Source: Paraglomus brasilianum (Eukaryota). Taken from it: a DNA stretch of 36,081 nt. The DNA is taken from the NCBI GenBank assembly GCA_910592345.1, contig CAJVPI010000305.1:1-36081 (forward strand). The letters are read 5' to 3'. The translations under genes were made by a program, and so were the position numbers. Under the pieces are notes generated by a model. That model made no database searches, was not told the DNA's origin, and worked only from the letters and a program-made list of their open reading frames with translations. This document shows positions 10,861 to 23,017 of this stretch, piece by piece. Numbering within the stretch: position 1 is the stretch's first letter; each line of letters begins with the position of its first letter.

Positions 10861-13800
10861 TTCTTTCGGTAAAGAAAAAAAGTAAAACGTGAGAAACGCT
10901 TATAAGTGACTCGGAATATTTATTTATTGTATAATCAAATTTGGGTGACATTCGTGTTTGGGGGGTCACCTGTTATCCAAATATGAAAAAGTAAATGACA
11001 GCATCTGCCATATTTTCACATTAGCTAATCCCTTCCCAAGTTTCGTATTGTTATATCATATTGATATTTTGCTTCTTTTGCATTTATACAGGAACATGTC
11101 TAATTATAGAAATGATGATCGGAACAATTTTGAGCTTATTATCATTTAGGGCCGGATGAATTCTTATTTCTGGGATCGGCAGCCGAAGAGTCCGATACCG
11201 ATAATGGTGTGAAAATGCTTTAAGGAAAACCAGGCCCATATCTGAGTGGGTCTTCATTTGCATGCTTAATAACATCATATTGGCATTTTTTGATCTGTTT
11301 TCGAAACATTGTTGATGAAACTCGGCTTGTGGCGACGCTTTCTAACGTAACACGCATAGACATTGTCACAACTCACATGAATATGAATTATTTCGAGTGT
11401 TTCAAGACGTCAATTATATTTAAAACGCTAAAACTGATAGTGATCAGAATTAGAATGTATATTTTGATAATAAAACGGATAGGAGAAATGTAACCTGCTT
11501 GGCTTGTATAACAAACAATGATAACGACATCACTTATCGTCAATGGGATGACATATCCCAACCTTATAACCACACGTGGTGGTACATACGCCCAACCATA
11601 GAAAGTGACTCAAGATATTAATATCTGCTGGTAATATTAATATACATGCATTTATGAATATGAACTCATCTTATTCACAGTAGAAGTCTAAAGAATAATT
11701 ACAATGTGGGGCCCTGCGTTAACACTAATGAAATTTAATCCTCATATCGTTTGACTGTGAAAACTTTGTAATCGTAATTTCAAGCTAAAACTCTTTCAGA
11801 ACGAGGGTTAATATGTGCGGACATCAATTAAAAAGCATAAATACTTGGATAAGACTATACCGGGAGGCAGTAATATTATTATCAAGAAACAATCGGCTAA
11901 CGTTCTCAATTAGCGCAAGTATTTCATACCTGTGAAACTCATACTTTATTGGCAAGTTATATGAATGTGCAACGTGCATTTATGTTTTTATTCGACGCTT
12001 GCAGAGCGTAGTATGCCTTGTCTCCCTGAAGGGATTTGTTGCATGGATATGCGTCTAGACTTGAATTAATATCATATGGAGGAAATACGAAACTCGCATA
12101 CCACTGTCAAATCGACACAATTATTTTTCAATTTACATTTTCTAGTACATAAATTACATGCAGATTAAAGGTAGTTCTTCAAGATTTCCTATGCAGTTAA
12201 GACCCTTACTTAGTAATTCTTATACGTTAACAGATATCTTGTCGGAACTACATATCAAAATTTGTTGACTGGGTATACAACTAGGCAGTCGTGATAATTA
12301 TTATTCAAATTAACGATCACCTTTGTTTATTAATTTAAATAATGCAAATAGCAAAACAATTATCGTTTTAACAACCTTTACACTCGAACGATGGTAAAAA
12401 CAATCAAGAATGAGAGAACTCAGGCTTCTTACGGTAAACACATACTCCTACCATATTAATTGTACACATAAACATCAATATTAGCCATCTCTATGTTCCA
12501 TCGCTGGACTGCAAATATTCTCAGATTTCTAGCTTTGAAATATAGTCTTACTACTAATTGCACCTGTGAAAGTAGTTACAGTAATTGTTCTCTTTTACGG
12601 AAACAATTATGCTTTGTCTTAATATTAACATGTTGTCACACGAAAACTCCTTACTGCGTAAAAGATGCAAATAATCATGCTAAATAATGTGCTTATCTTT
12701 TGTCATCGTCGATTATCAGTGGATGCGACACGCATATTTGTCATAGCATACCTATATATAGTCAGACACAACTTGACCACTTTTCTCCAACACGCATGTA
12801 TCGCTCACTACAAACGCACCCTCTTCAACTCGGTTCACAAAAAGCAGACTCTCCGCTTCTCACAGCGAAGATATTGTCATGGAAGAGTTTGAGACGGAGA
12901 ATTATTATAATATTAATTTACCAGTTGAATAACTCACCCCCCCCTTTCTTATTCGAGTAGCTTCTCAATAACAAAAATTATAATGGTAACAGTATTTATC
13001 AAGTTATTTATATGTTCGCCGACTTTTTAAACAAACCAGTTAACCAATTATATTTATGGTTAGACAAATCAACCTTCCCTTCCTCCCAAAGTTTTCAAGT
13101 AGCTTCTCTATATGACGAGTGGTGATTGTAAGCATATTTATTAAGCTACAAACCACAAAAGCTCACGCTTTTTTTGTCGGTAACGGTTTTCGATTAATTT
13201 GCACTCCGCGCGGGATCTTTGCACATCGGGCATGCGCGCTCACTGTATATGTCGCTGATCTTTGTTAGCATAAACAGGCCGCTAATTTTTGTAATATTTA
13301 TTTATGGTACCTTGCATCAAACAATTTACCTCTTAACAAGTCATTGAACCGGCTATCTATAAAAATATTGCACCGGTAGTCGAACTATTCTTTCTGTCTG
13401 GTCTGATATTCCAGCGCCCGCTAAATATCAATCCAACTTCCGGCTGGCTTATCCAGCTCCCTAAGCAATAGACACATTTATTCAGCAACAACAACGCACC
13501 AGAATAAATTTATTATTATAACAACAATTAATAATAATTCTTAGTCGAAAAGTGTATTAATTAAAAAAGACACGACGCATCTAATTAAGGAATTCTTTGT
13601 ACCCAATCAATAATCGTAGACGATAATTTTTAATTAATATATATCACTACAGGTCGTAGTATTTTATTTAACATAAATATTATGATATATTATTTACAAC
13701 ATTTTTTAATACATTTCCAACACACCCTTGCAGACAAAAAGAAAATGTCTTTACAATATGCAAATTAAACTCGTCGATCGAAATAAAACACTGCTAAACA

Positions 13801-14002
13801 ATGAAGTGAAAAGAAATATATTGACACGTCTACTCATAAAACTTGACGCCCGCCTTTATTTTATGCTGTGAGATTTGAGTAACATTCACGCACAAACCTT
13901 GCGAGTCAATATAAGTGTCCGTTAACAATTAACATTTTATATTTTAAACCGTCACAGTATTAGTATCCCCAAGCCATTCCGTCCTTATCCTCAAGTCACT
14001 CC

Positions 14003-14124
14003 GTCCGCATCTCCAGGCCATCTCCCAGGTCTTTCCGGCAGTCAAGCAGCCCCGAGCTGTTCTGTCCGCATTTCCAGGCTATCGCCCAGGTTTTGCCGGC
14101 GGTCAAACAGCCCGGAGCTGTTTT
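14003..14124. repeat. 61-bp tandem repeat, two diverged copies with terminal hairpin
   Basis: gtccgcatYtccaggc.. starts at 14003 and 14064; copy 2 holds AAACAGC-ccgga-GCTGTTT. Confidence 0.85.
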
Positions 14125-14238
14125 GCGTGCTGATTTATTTGTGTTATTTTATAAATTTTTAAATCATCCTCCGTAAATGGGTACTCTAGCGAGTGTAAGT
14201 TAAAGCTACGTCCATCCTCTCCCCAAAAAGCCGAAGGT

Positions 14239-14578
14239 TTATCTTTACCGCCGCCTGGTATTCTTTTACTAGTTTGTCAAATCGGCGGCGGTACTCCCGG
14301 ACATTTGCCCGTGCTGTAATTTGGCTTGTGCGGATAATTAAAATTATTTTCTCCGGCTTATCTTTACCGCCGCCTGGTATTCTTTTACTAGTTTGTCAAA
14401 TCGGCGGCGGTACTCCCGGACATTTGCCCGTGCTGTAATTTGGCTTGTGTGGATAATTAAAATTATTTTCTCCGGCTTATCTTTACCGCCGCCTGGTATT
14501 CTTTGACCAGTTTGTTAAATCGGCGGCGGTACTCCCGGACATTTGCCCGTACTGTGGTTTGGCTTGTGTGGATAATTA
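14239..14578. repeat. 119-bp tandem repeat, ~2.9 copies, each with a 10-bp inverted repeat
   Basis: Units start 14239, 14358, 14477; copies 1 and 2 nearly identical; TACCGCCGCC...GGCGGCGGTA in each unit. Confidence 0.97.
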
Positions 14579-14599
14579 GCCATCAGTTTAGGTTCCGAT

Positions 14600-14907
14600 G
14601 ATGCAATGTGTTGTTGGTAAATTAAAAAACCCTTCCGCCAATGCGTGGTTTAATGAGAACGCCAATAATGTTAATGGCGGATTTGCGAGCCGGTCGCGCT
14701 CGTCTTCGGTAATCCCCTGACCTCGCTGGTTTCGGTATTCCATCTTTGAGAGGCACGCTTTATAATCCAAGAGCTGCACAACATGTCGTTGGTAAATGAA
14801 AAATAAACTTAATTCTCTTCTGCCAGCGCGTGGTTTAATGAGACGTTTGATGCACACAGACAATGTTAATGGTGGGTTTTCGAGCCGGTCGCGCTCGTCT
14901 CCGGTAA
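14600..14907. repeat. Diverged duplication (~110-130 bp x2, offset ~180-195 bp)
   Basis: gcgtggtttaatgaga at 14643 and 14828; cgagccggtcgcgctcgtct at 14686 and 14881. Confidence 0.9.
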
Positions 14908-14946
14908 GGTCGATATAATACAGGTACGTTTCCATTATAATAGATG

Positions 14947-15111
14947 TGTTCGAATATGTTAACTTTGAGTGAGAAAATTTATATGAAGTTCAAATCCTGG
15001 CGCAGTGTATATTAATGAATGCTTTCTGTCGAATATGTTGACTTTGAGTGTCAGACGGAAAGTGAGAAGATTTATATATGAAGTTCAAATCCTGGCGCAG
15101 TATAAATTAAT
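14947..15111. repeat. Diverged duplication (~70-85 bp x2) just upstream of the minus-strand ORF
   Basis: tcgaatatgttRactttgagtg at 14950 and 15029; atatgaagttcaaatcctggcgcagt at 14981 and 15076. Confidence 0.9.
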
Positions 15112-15454
15112 ATATAAGCACAATCGTTACACCATTACTATAGATATTTAAATGGAAAGTGGGCTGATATCAGAGACACCAGTAACCTTCGAACTGAAAG
15201 CTTTCAAACAAGAAAAAGCTTGATTTTTGTATGCGTGATCGTAATAAATGGTCAAATGTATGACTATCATTTTGCCAAGTTAATTTATTTTTTGATTATC
15301 ATCTCAACAATGATGCATCATACATCACTTTTGTTACACTGATCTCCAATTGAATGTTCTTTATCAAAGTTATAAAAATTTGAAACTGAAAAAGTTCACT
15401 GTGATACATTATTTGTTAATAGTTTATCTCTCATACTAATACTAATATAAATAT

Positions 15455-17700
15455 TCAGTTATCACTTGTATTACTACTACTACTATCATTAACGCCTCCA
15501 GCTCCCAAAATTGGCAGTATGGTGAGGTCCCAATGATTTTCAGAATTTTCCTTTCTAAATTTTTCTATTTCTTCTCGCATGCTATCAAGTACATCTGCAT
15601 TAACCGGATAATTCTTAAATAGGTCCTAATTGATATAAATGTTAATATGAAATTCATACTTTGAGTTTGTGCATTAAGACATGTGCACTTACTATTATCT
15701 GTTGGGTAAGCTGTCCAGCATCTTTAAACACCAATCCATTCTTTTTATGCTTGACTAATTCATTGAGGCTGAAGACCAAAAAAAAAAAAAAATAAAAAAT
15801 AAAAAATAAAAATCCCCACATATTAATTCAGAGTTTGCCGTGCAGTAATGGACACGTAAATAGACGTACCATTCATAATGTACAGCGCAAACAGGTAGTC
15901 CACATCCAAACATATCAACTACTTTCATAGGAAGATCCATCCCTGAAGAAGACTTGTGCAAGCAAACACCCAAATCTGCTGAACCTGCGAACAAAGAAAA
16001 TTATGTAAAAAAATTTGCCAAATCTACTCGGCTATTATTTGCATAATCAATGTCCACATTTTTCCAAGGCTTTCATCTCATTAATACCTAATAACAACGG
16101 GTAGTCTTCGGCCTCTAACCACAGGCTCACAATTCGCACATTCTTTAACGTCAGTCTACTAATCTCTTCCATGTACTTATCCCGCAGAGGCCCCTTCCCA
16201 GTAATTACAAACAGCAACTTGGGAAAAGTCTCCTTCTTTCCCGCTGACTGTTCAGCTGCTTCATCATATCTCTTTGCAGCGTCAATCAGTATCGAAAAGT
16301 CTTCATCTGCCGTCCAGCTTGTGCTGCTTACAATCAATATTGGCCTGTCGATGCGATAACGGTACGATGGTGCATCAGAAGAAGTAGCGACAACTTCGGT
16401 AGTCAAAAGAGTTGTATTAGGCGAGGATGGTGGCAGGAAAGATGAGGAGCCGGTTGATTGACTGGTTATAGTTTCTTCAATATTAATACGTTTCAGAAAC
16501 TTGTTTGGTATAATAGAAGAATATATATAAGTAAGACAGCGACAACATTATTAGAATATCATTAGAACATGAGATCGATCATTTGCATGTAAAACCTTGT
16601 GTATTTCTTCTATTTCCAATCTCCGAAAATGTGTCGGTGGCCGGTCGTATAATGTACGAATAATGCCTCTTTCATAAATAAAAATACGCGAGCATGAGCC
16701 ATCTCTACTTTTTTTTTTTTCATTACGCGTACGTATACCAGTAATACTTACTCTACTTCCCATTTATAGAGCAATTCTCTGTGCATTGCAGAAGACACAG
16801 CCAGATGCGCATGAGCTCGCCGTCCGAAGAAGTTCTCATACCTACGGAAGTATGACCGTACATATAATATCATAGTCAATTACGTGAATGTTCATGCCAT
16901 TCATTGTCAGATCAATGACGTTCTATTCGTTACCATTTAGCAAATTTAACCACTCGACTATTCTGTCCTAATCGCATGGCCAAGATTGTATATCCAAAGT
17001 TATGCCAATCTATTATGAGATTGGTTTGTCGGAGCCAACATACAAACTGCACAATCGACAGCGTTGGAATGGCAGGCGGATTCTACGAGGAGAGTATGGA
17101 TTACATTTTAGAGTCAAACTATACCGGTATCTGATAACACACAACGCTGGATATTATTGGTGGTTACCTGAAGAAGAACGAAATCAGGCGATTTTATGCG
17201 GAAGAGTAGGGTCCAATATAAAATTGCCAGTTGGTAATATACTTTGAAAGCTGCAAATACAAGATATAACGCTTTTGGAAGGGATGCGGGAAGTTTCCAT
17301 GGGTGAGATATATAATGAAGCTTTATAGATGGATGTTCTATAATAGAATTCAATGGCTTGGCACCTAAAAGGGGAACGACATGAACAATTGTTAAAATTT
17401 TCGAGATTTATATATCGCATAATCGAATCGTTCAAATCGCCAATACAAAAAGTCATCCTAATTACCATCATAACCAACAAAATCAACCCAACACTCATTT
17501 CTAGCAAAATTCAGAGCATGGTGTTGCATTCTCGGTGACCTGCCAATATCGCCCAATACCACCAGTGTAATGTTCGGTGCTCTTGGCTGTGCATTTGCAT
17601 CTTGACGGTAGCTAACATACAAAGTAAGACCACGAATAAATACTAATACGAACGCAAATATAGCAAGTAATGTTGTTTCTGATATGGGTAAATCAGTCAT
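15455..17700 (-). CDS. ALG1: Chitobiosyldiphosphodolichol beta-1,4-mannosyltransferase
   Basis: 9 exons; N-terminal TM anchor, [72 protein letters not shown]. Confidence 0.95.
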
Positions 17701-17805
17701 TTGGAAAGCAAGGGAGATAGGAGTATTTTTCCATGTTGGGATTATGATAAGATGTTCATGATAGGAGATAAAATTTTCAGAGATCATGTGTCTGTTCCTT
17801 TATGA

Positions 17806-19661
17806 ATGGATAATAAATCGAAAAACACAATTTCAACTTCCACAATGCCATCATCAACAAGTAACAACTCTACTAGCACAACTTCCTCTCCTTCACTTAA
17901 TTTTCCTCGAATTACTGAGCAACATATAAGAAACTGTTCCTTCTCTTCCTGGTATGAAAACTTCAAGAGAGTTACGTTAAAGTCAAAGATAATAAAACCA
18001 TTGCCGGAAGAATTTATTAAATATTTACATGCGGATAGTGTCTATTTACCAGATAGAAAGTATGTGGGACTAGCAAATTCATAAACAAGAGGCGTGATTA
18101 TTTGACTAATTGTTGTAATTGTGAAAGTTATTTGGAGGGTATTCATGCTGGAGAGATAAGCAGTGATGAGGAATATGGTTATGAATCACCTTTTAAGCAA
18201 GCTGGGCAGAATGGAGAAGAACAAGAGGACGATAAGAAAGAAGGAGAAGGAGAAGGGGAGGTTGTTATTAAATATTTATACATTGCGTAGTAAAGCAGAT
18301 GATGAAATCGCGCTTAGATTTTAATGAATATACGGTAAAATTTCAAGTTTCCAGCATTATGTTGATTTTTTAAATCGACAAGAAAAGTTGCTTTGCAAGA
18401 TAATTGACTAATATTCTTAAGACGTTTGTTATTAGTTATTTAAACGAACACATAAATTTGCAAGTTGAAATCGACATGAATGCTAGAAACGTGAAGATTA
18501 CCGTACATTCATTAGAAAGTAAACAACACTTCCTATTTATAAAACAAGTGTATAGATGGGCGGCGTCTTGATGCTGGCGTTATTTGTCAACGATCTCATT
18601 TAATGACTGTATCATAACACTTTAAGGACATGGTTTCAAGCTTTCCAGGATTAGAAAAAGAAATCTGGGATATAGTGAATGAGTTTGGTGGTGCAGTATT
18701 TCCAAAACTTAACTGGAGCTCCCCAAAGGTACACCGTCCTTGTCGTATTTCCAATTCCTTTTTGTGCGCTTAGCACCAATCATTTAACGCGTTCATCACA
18801 TTCCTCTCAGGATGCGACCTGGATCTCAACGACCAATACACTAAAGTGTAATTCTCCATCCGACATTTTTCTTCTATTAAAGTCGTCAGACTTTATCGCA
18901 CATGATCTTGATCATGCTTTCGAAGAGTGTTATTATGAGAGTGAGGACGTTTCTAGGAAACTACCTTCTGACGAATTTGAATTAGTACTCCGGAAATGGT
19001 ACGATGTGGCTCCGTCAATGGAGTTTAGATGTTTCGTAAAGGATAATGAGATTGTTGGTACGTATCTAAACAGCCGAGAAACAAGTTAGTGATTGGTGTT
19101 TTTAAATGTTGTACTTTTTTGACACTTTTGCTTTTTATTGACGGAAAGGCATTTCACAGAGGGATGTTAATTTTTATGCCTTTTTGCAAGAGATTGAAGA
19201 CGAATTGGAAACAAGCATCATCAACTTTTTCGAATCCAAGATTAAAGAAAGATTTCCTGATAGTGATTGTAAGTTATTATTCTCCCATATGTTAAAGTTA
19301 ATGTTTCAAAAATTTCTCAACGTATTTTGCCTTTTGATATACAGATGTAATTGATGTGTACATAACCAGGAATAGGGAACGTGTGTGGTTGATAGACTTT
19401 AATCCATTTGGCCCAATGACAGATTCTCTGCTCTATAGTTGGGAAGAGATCTTAACTCGTCCCTCATCTCCTAAGCTCCGTCTCGTTATTAGCCAAGCAG
19501 AAGCGAGTCAGTCACAAAATGTGGCCTATTCTGTCAACAGATATCCACGCGAAATGTTTGATTTCTCACAGGGACAGACAGTTGCTGAGTTTGCTGAAAG
19601 CTTCCAAAATGCGCTGGCTGTTTCTGGAAGAGGTAACGATGAAGAAAGTGAAAATGAATGA
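17806..19661 (+). CDS. CDC123: Cell division cycle protein 123 (D123 family, eIF2 assembly factor)
   Basis: 6 exons; [64 protein letters not shown]; start could be a slightly later ATG. Confidence 0.95.
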
Positions 19662-20153
19662 AATGAAATTAGAGCCAAAACTAGCATGACATTTGAATGA
19701 ATTCAGTTTGATTAATAATAGACTGAAGTGATAATGCAATGTTTGTACATTTATTAGAAAATAAACTCAAAGCGAAATGAATGGATAATTTTGTTACACA
19801 TTAGTCATTGAAGTCCTGTGGACTCACACAGATGAGTTTTAATTATGCTCTTCAAGATGTATTAATTTTGGGCCTGAATAGCAAGGCGTATATAGCATAT
19901 GCTTAGCTCTATTCTTGACAATGTTCGTTTTATATGTCTTGACCATATAAAAATGTCATGCGTTAATGAATTTACTACGACGCATTAGCAAGCCCAATAT
20001 TGATAGTTTAAATTTCATGTTTCTAATCAGTTAAAATGAGTTGCATGATTTGGACTTCCTCGCCATCGTCTATTCTCTTAATATTAAACAAGGATAAAAA
20101 TAAAATAAAATTTTTTTCAACACAACTCACCAATTACACCCATCTATCGTCAA

Positions 20154-21058
20154 TTAAGAATTGTCATTATCTTTAACAACTCCCACTTGTGCTGGCCTAA
20201 TTATTCTCCCATTCAATATGTATCCAACTTTCTCAACAGCAAAAACAGTCCCCGCTTCTTTATCCGGCACTGCAATTTGGAATATCGCTTCATGCTTGTT
20301 GGGGTCAAATTTCTCTCCCAGAGGATTCATCCTCTCTACTCCAAATCTTTTTAGCGTGTTCAAAAGATCTGATTCAGTCAACGATACGCCCGTGTATAGA
20401 TTATGCAAGTGCGGATTCTTTTCTTGAGCATCTTTGCGAGCGTCATCGGGTACAGATTTTAACGCAAGATTTAAAACATCGACTGTGTTGACAAGATCTT
20501 TGGCAAACTTTTGAATAGCAAATTGAGCTGTATGTTCGATTTCTCTTCGAGTGCGTTCGCGAAGGTTTTCCATTTCTGCTAGTGCACGGAGATAGTGATC
20601 CTATATTTTTTTTAAAAAAAAAAAAAAAAAAGTTAGAGCCGCACGTGAGAGTATAACATAGTAATCGATTATATTGTATGCTGTTGTTATGAGCCTAATT
20701 GACAATTTATTCGAATGCCCAACAATTTAGCATCATGCGTCATCGAACGAACCTTTAATTCAGCTATCTGCTTATCTCTTGGATCGGGTCCTTCTCCCAG
20801 ATCTGCTCTTGTTCCTTGAGGTACACCGGTTTCCGCGGCAAGTGAATCATTAGCTTCTTCATTGTCTTTTTTTGATTCATTCTTTTCATTGGATTTGTTC
20901 GCTGTCGTTTCATTTAACTGATTGTACTTCCTAGACGTTGAATGGAACAATGATCGTTGCTGGAGAAGAGAGGGGCGTAACGGAGTGCTGGAGATAAGAG
21001 AAGAACGGATCAGAATGCGAAGAGGGCGAAGTGAATGTAACGCCTTCTGACAGGACAT
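20154..21058 (-). CDS. MGE1: Mitochondrial GrpE nucleotide exchange factor
   Basis: 2 exons (~21058-20754, ~20600-20154); Arg/Ser/Leu-rich presequence, DHYLRALAEMENLRERT, FAIQKFAKDL, FDPNKHEA, GYILNGRIIRPAQVGV. Confidence 0.95.
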
Positions 21059-21245
21059 ATTGGATGTGGGCGTGGCGAGATGTTGATCAGAAAATTTTTT
21101 TGAAATTCGAGCCTTTAATCAGTGATTGGTGACACAATTTGGTGACACACCATCTAAAACTAGTACTAATTTGGAGTTTTAACATTCGGGTTACGCGACG
21201 GCATTTCTGCTATTACTATCCTTATTTTTTTTCCTTGAATAAACA

Positions 21246-22446
21246 ATGTCTGAGCAACCCGATAATGCGGGAATACGAAACACTGCTATAGCCGAAGGCT
21301 TATTCGAACATTTCAATTATACGCCTATATCGTTTATAGATGATGTAATAAATACAATAAACGAACTGATTTATCAGGCAGCTGACGCATTGAGCGAATT
21401 TGTCAAGGATGAATCAAGCGAATTGTCTATTCCTTTCGAGGATGTCGAGCAAGTATGAAATGCGATTTCCAACGTTCGCATTACGTGTAGAATAGTATTG
21501 GGGCAGGTTATTTATCAGCGACTGTTGATTGCGTTTCTGTAGAAACACTATTCATAATAATGACCAATACGCTTTGGAAAATGATTACTGTCACTAGGGC
21601 CTTCATCAATTCGAAACACTTCTTGAAGCAGCGGTAGACCATAATTTTGATTTGTTCGAAGTGTACTCTTTACGAAACCTGTTCACCGTTCCGGCCGATA
21701 TTCCAGTAGTATTGTCCCATCACCAAGTAAGATATTGGTATTGCAATTATAACACATGCGGCGTGTGTCTACGGAGCATTTAACATGGTTTTCCTCATAT
21801 CAAAGGGTATAAATTTAGATGTGACTAAAAGCGATGAAGTACAACTGGATAGGGAGTTGGAAAAAATACGGAAAAATTTATTGGCGGTAAGTTAAACTCG
21901 AAGGGAGTAGTCGGAAAAGGGGCGGATATCCATCAGAGTCGGATTATCATCTTGACAATTATTATTATTATTGTAAGGCCAAAGCAATGAGCATCAAATT
22001 GAGAAGGGAAATAGCAAAGACAGACATTCGCATACGTAAATGTGAGAATTATAAAAACGAATTCTACTATCTCTCATCACTTGGGAAAGAGCACAATGGT
22101 ATTTATCGTTCGATTCCTACTATACTCTATATCGCTTTACTAATTATTGTAAAAAGCCCAACTATTTAACCTCTGCTTGAAAATCATCTCTGGGCGCGTA
22201 TCGTTTTACTTTTTTCTTTCAGTCTTACCACTTCCCGAAGCTCTGCGCGTGCTCCAGAACCACCTACAAACGATCAAAAACATATATAGTCCTCTCGAAA
22301 CCAAGTACCCACTTTCTTCTCTTCCCACTCTTCCGCCGTCTTCATCATTTGACTCGCGCATGGAATACTTGAGTTTTATTGCTCAGAAACAGACTGAGAA
22401 CATTTGGGGAAAGGGGGGGGGGAGAGTGCGGAACGCGAGAATATGA
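21246..22446 (+). CDS. MIS12: Kinetochore protein Mis12/Mtw1
   Basis: 5 exons; EHFNYTPISFIDDVINTINE, GLHQFETLLEAAVDHNFDLFEVYSLRNLFTVP, then coiled coil; C-terminus uncertain because of a G10 run. Confidence 0.88.
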
Positions 22447-23017
22447 GGAGAACGATGACGATGAAGTTGGCTATTGGTATAAGCTTTTGGTTCCAATGTT
22501 GGAAGAGGAGAATATTGAATGTAAATAAAAATTATATTATTTTGATTTTTCTTACACGGACTTTTTGGAAATAAAATCATATTAGAAAATGGAAATATTA
22601 TTTTACTGTATATTATTTATTTCTTTGATTATCTGTTCAAGTTTCTCTTTATCAGCAGCAGCTCTGCGAGACATAACTATTATGTATTCTAACAACTACA
22701 AATGCTTGCAGGATGCCCGCATAACAGAATTGCTAATAAATAAGAGATGAATCTATAAACTAACCAGAAGTCTATCCATAACTTGCGTGATTTTCAGAAT
22801 CAGACCAACGAGCACGCCTACACAGTAATAGTATTGTTCTCATGATTCCCTAAAAAATATACTATTGCAAGACCGTGATATCAACAGTTATTAATCTACA
22901 AATTCTTACACTACACTATAACTGTACTGACATATTGCTGACATCGATAATCCTACTAATATAGCTGTCACGTTGAAAAGTTGCGGCAATTTCTGAAGAA
23001 TCTCTCTCTTTCCACTC

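Larger units (their letters stand above)
14100..14935 (-). pseudogene. Degenerate, internally duplicated HMG-box-like gene
   Basis: METYLYYIDLTGDERDRLENPPLTLSVCIKRLIKPRAGRRELSLFFIYQRH (duplicated as ITEDERDRLANPPLTL...IYQQH) and, after frameshifts, ANVREYRRRFNKLVKEYQAAV; resembles the N-terminal extension, helix 1 and helix 3 of Glomeromycotina HMG-box proteins; unverified. Confidence 0.45.

Noticed and set aside
11111..11246. Possible C/D snoRNA (ATGATGA ... CTGA)
   Set aside because: No terminal stem joining the boxes and no rRNA complementarity that I can recognise
12493..12960. Overlapping short ORFs in the ORF track
   Set aside because: Non-ATG or weak starts, no motifs, no coherent splice structure
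13215..13292. U4-like start ATCTTTGCAC with GCTAATT and Sm-like AATTTTTG
   Set aside because: Kink-turn stem-loop and 3' domain absent; spacing wrong
14239..14578. CRISPR array or ribozyme array
   Set aside because: Whole units are repeated with no unique spacers, no cas genes, and no hammerhead core (CTGANGA/GAAA) on either strand
15779..15811. A-rich run (also 20613-20631) as a retroposon tail
   Set aside because: These are the polypyrimidine tracts of minus-strand introns in ALG1 and MGE1
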